A DNA stretch of 64,000 nt from Arenicellales bacterium (GTDB lineage Bacteria > Pseudomonadota > Gammaproteobacteria > Arenicellales > JAJDZL01), in contig CBDEUN010000001.1 in the NCBI GenBank assembly GCA_965243305.1, positions 293,652-357,651 of the forward strand, in the 5' to 3' direction. The position numbers were made by a program, and so were the translations under genes. Below, in pieces: positions 59,744-64,000 of the stretch. The notes under the pieces were generated by a model, which had not been told where the DNA came from, did no database searches, and saw only the letters and a list, made by a program, of their open reading frames with translations. The first letter of the stretch is position 1. Every line of letters starts with the position of its first letter.

Positions 59744-60919
59744 TTACGAGAATCGTTCCCGCCATTTGGTGCAACGCTCTGAGTCTCGCATTTCGTAAGC
59801 TGCCAACGCTGCGGCAGGACTGAGATCGTATAAGTGCTCGCGGTCTTCACCTAGTGCTGTCAGGCGCATCGTATACCAAGCAGTAACACCGCCCCGTGGC
59901 GGCGCATTGAAAACTGGAAATGCCGGATCGCCGCCTTCATCACTTATCCATGTGTTTGCGAGTGACGATTTCAGTACCATCGCTCGCGCGAGACTCACCG
60001 CGTCGGTAAAATTTTTCTGAATCGCATAAGCTGCCTGTTCGCGCGTCCGAAAACCACCTGTCACCATCATAGGGATGGACGTCAACCTTTTTGCACGTTT
60101 GGTGAAATCAATGAAGTATGGCGTAGATGATGAAGCTCGGTCGGAAGCGGATGCAGCACCTGGGAAGTATGTACCGCCGCTGATATCGATCAGGTCAATC
60201 GACGTCTGATCAAGCATGTTTATAACCTCAAGTGCATCATCTTGTGATAATCCACCCACTAGGTTGTCTGTTGAATTGATCTTGATACCAATAGGAAACG
60301 ACTCACCCACAGCTTGCCGAACAGCATCGATTACCTCGCCAATAACGCGGAAGCGGTTTTCAATTGAACCACCATATTCGTCTTTTCGTTTGTTGAACAG
60401 CGGAGATAGAAACTGGCTAAACAGAAATCCGTGGCCTGCATGGATTTGAACACCACTGAAGCCCACTTGCTTGGCGAGTTTTGCGGTTCTTGCAAATATG
60501 TCGGACAACTCATGAATATCTTTAAGCGACATTCCTTCGCACTTAAGACCGTCGACATCTAGAGCAGACGGCCCCTTTGGCTGACTGATAGGCAGATGTG
60601 ACAAAGCGCCGGCGTGCCCGAGCTGCGGCCATATATGTGCGCCGTTCACCATCCCACGTCTCGCCAAAGCCTGCATTGCATCCAAGTTTGCATCCGGCAC
60701 AAGTACGAGATTGCCAGGTTTTTCAGGATAACGCGAGGTTCCCTGCACCTCTCCAATCAATGACAATGCAGCGCCACCCTGCGCCCAACGTTCGTACAGC
60801 CTCATCTGCGTTTCGGTGGGATTTCCAGCGCCATCGCCAAGAGAATCCGACATTGCTGATTTGATCAGTCGATTTCGAAGCGTAGTACCGCAAGGCAATA
60901 CAAGAGGTCTTGCCAACAC
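59744..60919 (-). CDS. NADH:flavin oxidoreductase, Old Yellow Enzyme family
   Basis: 391 aa. LRNRLIKSAMS, HAGHGFLFSQFLSP and RKDEYGGSIENR motifs. Confidence 0.88.
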   Translation of the reverse strand: MLARPLVLPCGTTLRNRLIKSAMSDSLGDGAGNPTETQMRLYERWAQGGAALSLIGEVQGTSRYPEKPGNLVLVPDANLDAMQALARRGMVNGAHIWPQLGHAGALSHLPISQPKGPSALDVDGLKCEGMSLKDIHELSDIFARTAKLAKQVGFSGVQIHAGHGFLFSQFLSPLFNKRKDEYGGSIENRFRVIGEVIDAVRQAVGESFPIGIKINSTDNLVGGLSQDDALEVINMLDQTSIDLIDISGGTYFPGAASASDRASSSTPYFIDFTKRAKRLTSIPMMVTGGFRTREQAAYAIQKNFTDAVSLARAMVLKSSLANTWISDEGGDPAFPVFNAPPRGGVTAWYTMRLTALGEDREHLYDLSPAAALAAYEMRDSERCTKWRERFS

Positions 60920-61008
60920 GGTGTTACAGGTTTGATGTGTAATATCGAATTTCCTGTCGTAATTTGTAATAATTCTGAACCCGTGTTGATTCAGATCACA
61001 TATTCAAG

Positions 61009-62304
61009 CTAATTTGGTACAAATTCAAATTCAGCCAGAATCTCCTGTATGTGATGCGCAGCCCGGATTAGGTAGTCATCCTGATCGAAGGCTCCAATCA
61101 ATTGAACACCAAGCGGCAGACCGTTTGGACCAGATGCTACGGGTAGATGAATACAAGGTACTTTCAGTAGTGTCCATACACGGTTAAAGATCGGATCTCC
61201 CGTGCTGTCCAATCCCCGCGGCGCTTCGCCAGGTGCACTCGGTGTGATAAGTACGTCGTAATCCTTAAATACTGACCGCATCTTCTTCTGCCAAATATTA
61301 CCCAATTTGATTGCTTCAAGGTAGGCCGCATGGGTGGTATGCTGTCCTTGTTCAATGAGTACCTTGATCTGATCACTTAATAAGTGTGGAAATTTCGCAT
61401 ATTCTGCGCTGAGCGATCGGCACCCTTCATAGCCCATGATTGTGATTTGTGCTTGTGTCAATGCTCCGTCTGAAGGTCCAACTTCAATTTCAGAAATTTC
61501 AATTTGATGACCTTGCAAATGTCGACAAACATCTTCAATGAGCTGCTGCTGACTGGCATCGGCCATTTCCCAGTGCGGGGTTTTGACCAATGCTACCCTT
61601 ATCCTGCCTGATAAAGGCAGAATTTCTGCAGGTGCTCCAGACAGTGTGTGTCGAACGGTTGTCAAATCTTCGACCTTTCGAACAAAAAAACCAAGTGTGT
61701 CAAGACTTTGAGCAAATCCGCAGACACCTGACAGACTGAATGATCCGTGACTCGCTTTGTATCCTGTTACACCACAGTAAGCAGCTGGGCGAATGACCGA
61801 ACCGGCGGTTTGCGTACCCAAGGCAAGTGGGATCATCATTTTTGACACGGCTGCTGCAGAACCCATAGAAGATCCGCCCGGAGTGTGATCAAGTGCGTGT
61901 GGGTTGCGCGTTCTTCCAGGAGAGAAAAAGGCAAATTCAGTCGTTTCAGTTTTGCCGGCAACCAGTGCACTTGCGGTCTTTAACATCGACACGCACACGG
62001 CATCACGCTGCGGTACGTAGTCACGATAGATTTTGCTTCCCATCGTGGTTCGCATACCAGCGGTTTCCATAATGTCTTTGATTCCAACAGGAACTCCAAA
62101 CAGAGCAGACTTGTTTCCCTGTCTCTCCACCTCAGTCAACTGATCATAAATGTGCCCCGGATCGAAAGTCGTGAACGCGTTTAACTCTTCCTCACATAGT
62201 TCAATTCTTGCAATGCAATCAGAAACAAGTTCTCGAGGCTGCACTGTTCCCGATTGAATCAGCTGAGAAACTTCTTTCAAAGACAGTTCATTCAGGTTTG
62301 ACAC
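61009..62304 (-). CDS. Amidase-signature family amidase
   Basis: 431 aa. VGIKDI (Lys) and GGSSMGSAAAV motifs. Confidence 0.88.
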   Translation of the reverse strand: MSNLNELSLKEVSQLIQSGTVQPRELVSDCIARIELCEEELNAFTTFDPGHIYDQLTEVERQGNKSALFGVPVGIKDIMETAGMRTTMGSKIYRDYVPQRDAVCVSMLKTASALVAGKTETTEFAFFSPGRTRNPHALDHTPGGSSMGSAAAVSKMMIPLALGTQTAGSVIRPAAYCGVTGYKASHGSFSLSGVCGFAQSLDTLGFFVRKVEDLTTVRHTLSGAPAEILPLSGRIRVALVKTPHWEMADASQQQLIEDVCRHLQGHQIEISEIEVGPSDGALTQAQITIMGYEGCRSLSAEYAKFPHLLSDQIKVLIEQGQHTTHAAYLEAIKLGNIWQKKMRSVFKDYDVLITPSAPGEAPRGLDSTGDPIFNRVWTLLKVPCIHLPVASGPNGLPLGVQLIGAFDQDDYLIRAAHHIQEILAEFEFVPN

Positions 62305-62310
62305 GACGAT

Positions 62311-63522
62311 TCACCTGCCAATTGAATCAAGCGCTGATTGAAATAGGGACAGAGGGTAACGAAAAATACCACCACCCAGTCTTCCTGCAATTCCTTCCCG
62401 ATCGATGACACCCAAGCTGACGATCGGAGTGGTTTTTTCTGCGACGACAGTACGCACACTCAGTCCTGTCCGAAACTCTAATGCACTAAAAGCGTCATGA
62501 ACGGACAACAGGAGCTTATAAGGGAGCTCGTCTGCATCATCAGGCAAATAAGTTCCGAACATTTCACGCTGCGGATTTGAATAGGCAACCGCCATTGCAC
62601 CGAATCCGATCATGTCAACTACCGCACTGTCACCAATTGCTCCCAGTGCTCGCGACTTGGGAAACTCGCCTAAATCCCCTTCAGGGGAAGCGGCTGATTC
62701 TGTTATCCAATTACCCGGTTCGTTGCTTACTTGTATACCGGTACGGACGCCATTACCGCCAGCAGCGGTCACCATGCCGCTGCCTGATTGAGCATCAGCA
62801 GCAAGCATCAAGCATTTTGATGCTGCCATCAAGTGGTTGAGTGCAAAACTTGGACTGTCATTCAGAAATCTTTTCTGTTCAGCATAGCCATCAATCGCGG
62901 GCTTGAGCCGGTTGACCAACTCATGAGTAGCAGCTATTGTTCTGCCGTGGCAATCATCGTCATTCTCTAGTGCAATTTTTGCAATGTCGAGCAAATCGAT
63001 GTGATCGTCCTGACAAAGGTCTACTGCTTCAATCAATTCTTGATTAATCCAACGCAGGTGCGACAGTGCTGACTCACTACACAATCCAAGTCGCATAGCC
63101 GGTCCATTTCCTCCGTTGAGAGGAGAGTAGGTAACGTTGTTCGGATCATTGGCATCAATTATTTTGTGTAGCCACATCGAAGCTGAAACAACGCCCGCCA
63201 AGGGTACCACGGTTGAGTGATTCTGGGCTGGTTGCAACCGAATCTCACCTGACCGAATCATCGCGCGTGCGGTATCAAAATCGTCCGCGTGTTTTTCGAA
63301 AACCAGCGCTACAGCCGCTGAATTCATAACTGGTTCTGGAATTTCGTTGGTGGAGTTAAAGGGCGGCCCAGCGTGAAGTATCACTGAGTCATCTAAGCCG
63401 ATAGCGTTGGCGGCTAATTCATTGCTGTCCCAGACCGGTCGGGCTTGTAGCATTTTTTTGAGCGCACCATGATCTCTTGGGTCGATATTTGTCATGCCTG
63501 TTCCATCAATTGATTCTTCCAT
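62311..63522 (-). CDS. DUF1116 (YlbE/AllG-like) family protein
   Basis: 403 aa. VILHAGPP, NGGNGPAMRLG, DDDCHGRTIAATHEL and GAIGDSAVVDMIGFGAMA line up with my recollection of E. coli YlbE. Confidence 0.6.
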   Translation of the reverse strand: MEESIDGTGMTNIDPRDHGALKKMLQARPVWDSNELAANAIGLDDSVILHAGPPFNSTNEIPEPVMNSAAVALVFEKHADDFDTARAMIRSGEIRLQPAQNHSTVVPLAGVVSASMWLHKIIDANDPNNVTYSPLNGGNGPAMRLGLCSESALSHLRWINQELIEAVDLCQDDHIDLLDIAKIALENDDDCHGRTIAATHELVNRLKPAIDGYAEQKRFLNDSPSFALNHLMAASKCLMLAADAQSGSGMVTAAGGNGVRTGIQVSNEPGNWITESAASPEGDLGEFPKSRALGAIGDSAVVDMIGFGAMAVAYSNPQREMFGTYLPDDADELPYKLLLSVHDAFSALEFRTGLSVRTVVAEKTTPIVSLGVIDREGIAGRLGGGIFRYPLSLFQSALDSIGR

Positions 63523-63720
63523 TTCTGTGCACGTTAGGCCAGGTGGTTCGAAAAAATTCCAGCGTGAACGATGGTGATTTATCGTCCACTTGGCGAATCA
63601 GACAGCCATCATCGGCAGAGTAAATGTGCCATAAATTCGCAATTTACTTGAAATCTGACGGTAAAAGTGCAGATCTTCAAATAGCTGCTGAAGATTGCAA
63701 ATCGTTTTCGTTATCCACCT

Positions 63721-63746
63721 GAAGTGCGGCTGTTGAACCGCACTTC
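63721..63746 (-). terminator. Strong hairpin downstream of the binding-protein gene
   Basis: GAAGTGCGG (63721-63729) pairs with CCGCACTTC (63738-63746), a perfect 9-bp stem with an 8-nt loop. It lies 41 nt after the stop at 63787. No U-tract follows. Confidence 0.35.
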
Positions 63747-63786
63747 ACGCGAAATAATATGCCAAGTGGTGCTGATTCGTGAGGAA

Positions 63787-64000
63787 TCAGTTACTTAACC
63801 AGGATTGCACCAGTTCCTTGTTTGCGTCAACCCACTCGCGGGCGTACACGACAGGGTCGACTTGATCGACACTAGATGCAAAAGACCACTGATTGATCAA
63901 CTCCTGACCGAAGTCAATTCCGTTCAGTAATTTAGCCATTTCAGGTGCATCGGTTTCAAGTCGTTTCGAGTAGGCGATATGTGAGCTGATCGGTGGAAAG
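63787..64000 (-). CDS. Glycine-betaine-type ABC substrate-binding protein, C-terminal end only (5' part beyond window)
   Basis: Hand translation of the reverse strand gives ...MAKLLNGIDFGQELINQWSFASSVDQVDPVVYAREWVDANKELVQSWLSN*. This resembles the OpuAC/ProX C-terminus. It is absent from the ORF track because it has no start codon in the window. Confidence 0.45.
   Translation of the reverse strand, partial: FPPISSHIAYSKRLETDAPEMAKLLNGIDFGQELINQWSFASSVDQVDPVVYAREWVDANKELVQSWLSN

Overview
This 64-kb chromosomal window is most likely from a marine-type gammaproteobacterium. That call is an inference from Pseudomonadales-like synteny (trpF-accD-folC-SPOR-cvpA-purF; ilvIH-ilvC-psd-pssA), not a measurement. 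I saw no rRNA, tRNA or CRISPR array by eye.

- nt 1-27,970: dense housekeeping backbone. It holds infB-rbfA-truB-rpsO-pnp, dtd, a DHOase-like amidohydrolase, lpxH, cysS, leuA preceded by a Leu-rich leader peptide, a family-4 UDG, mltD, rnhA-dnaQ and crcB.
- nt 27,988-35,324: a tightly overlapping 10-gene Mrp/Mbx-like cation:proton antiporter operon. It has E-F-G-first order and three NuoL/M/N-like subunits.
- nt 35,500-64,000: accessory-flavoured, dominated by organic N/S-compound catabolism and ion transport.
  - Catabolic genes: two amidase-signature enzymes, an M19 dipeptidase, a GMC oxidoreductase, a decayed TauD-family gene, a DddP-like M24 protein, DUF1116, an OYE flavoenzyme and a betaine-type binding protein.
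  - Transport genes: a polyamine-type ABC importer with no ATPase gene, and an MscS-like / soluble MgtE-N+CBS / MgtE trio.
- nt 40.7-48.9 kb: a decaying mobile-DNA patch.
  - A 1.6-kb segment (DUF1640 coiled-coil gene plus a membrane-anchored H-type-lectin gene) is bracketed by a diverged duplication of a gene's 3' end.
  - Dead IS630-, IS256- and IS4/IS1380-like transposase fragments and a multiply disrupted group II intron RT surround a secreted lipase-like gene.

The best candidate for unknown biology is a translationally coupled 571-aa + 230-aa pair (38311-40718) that I cannot assign to a function. It sits next to the dipeptidase and amidase genes.
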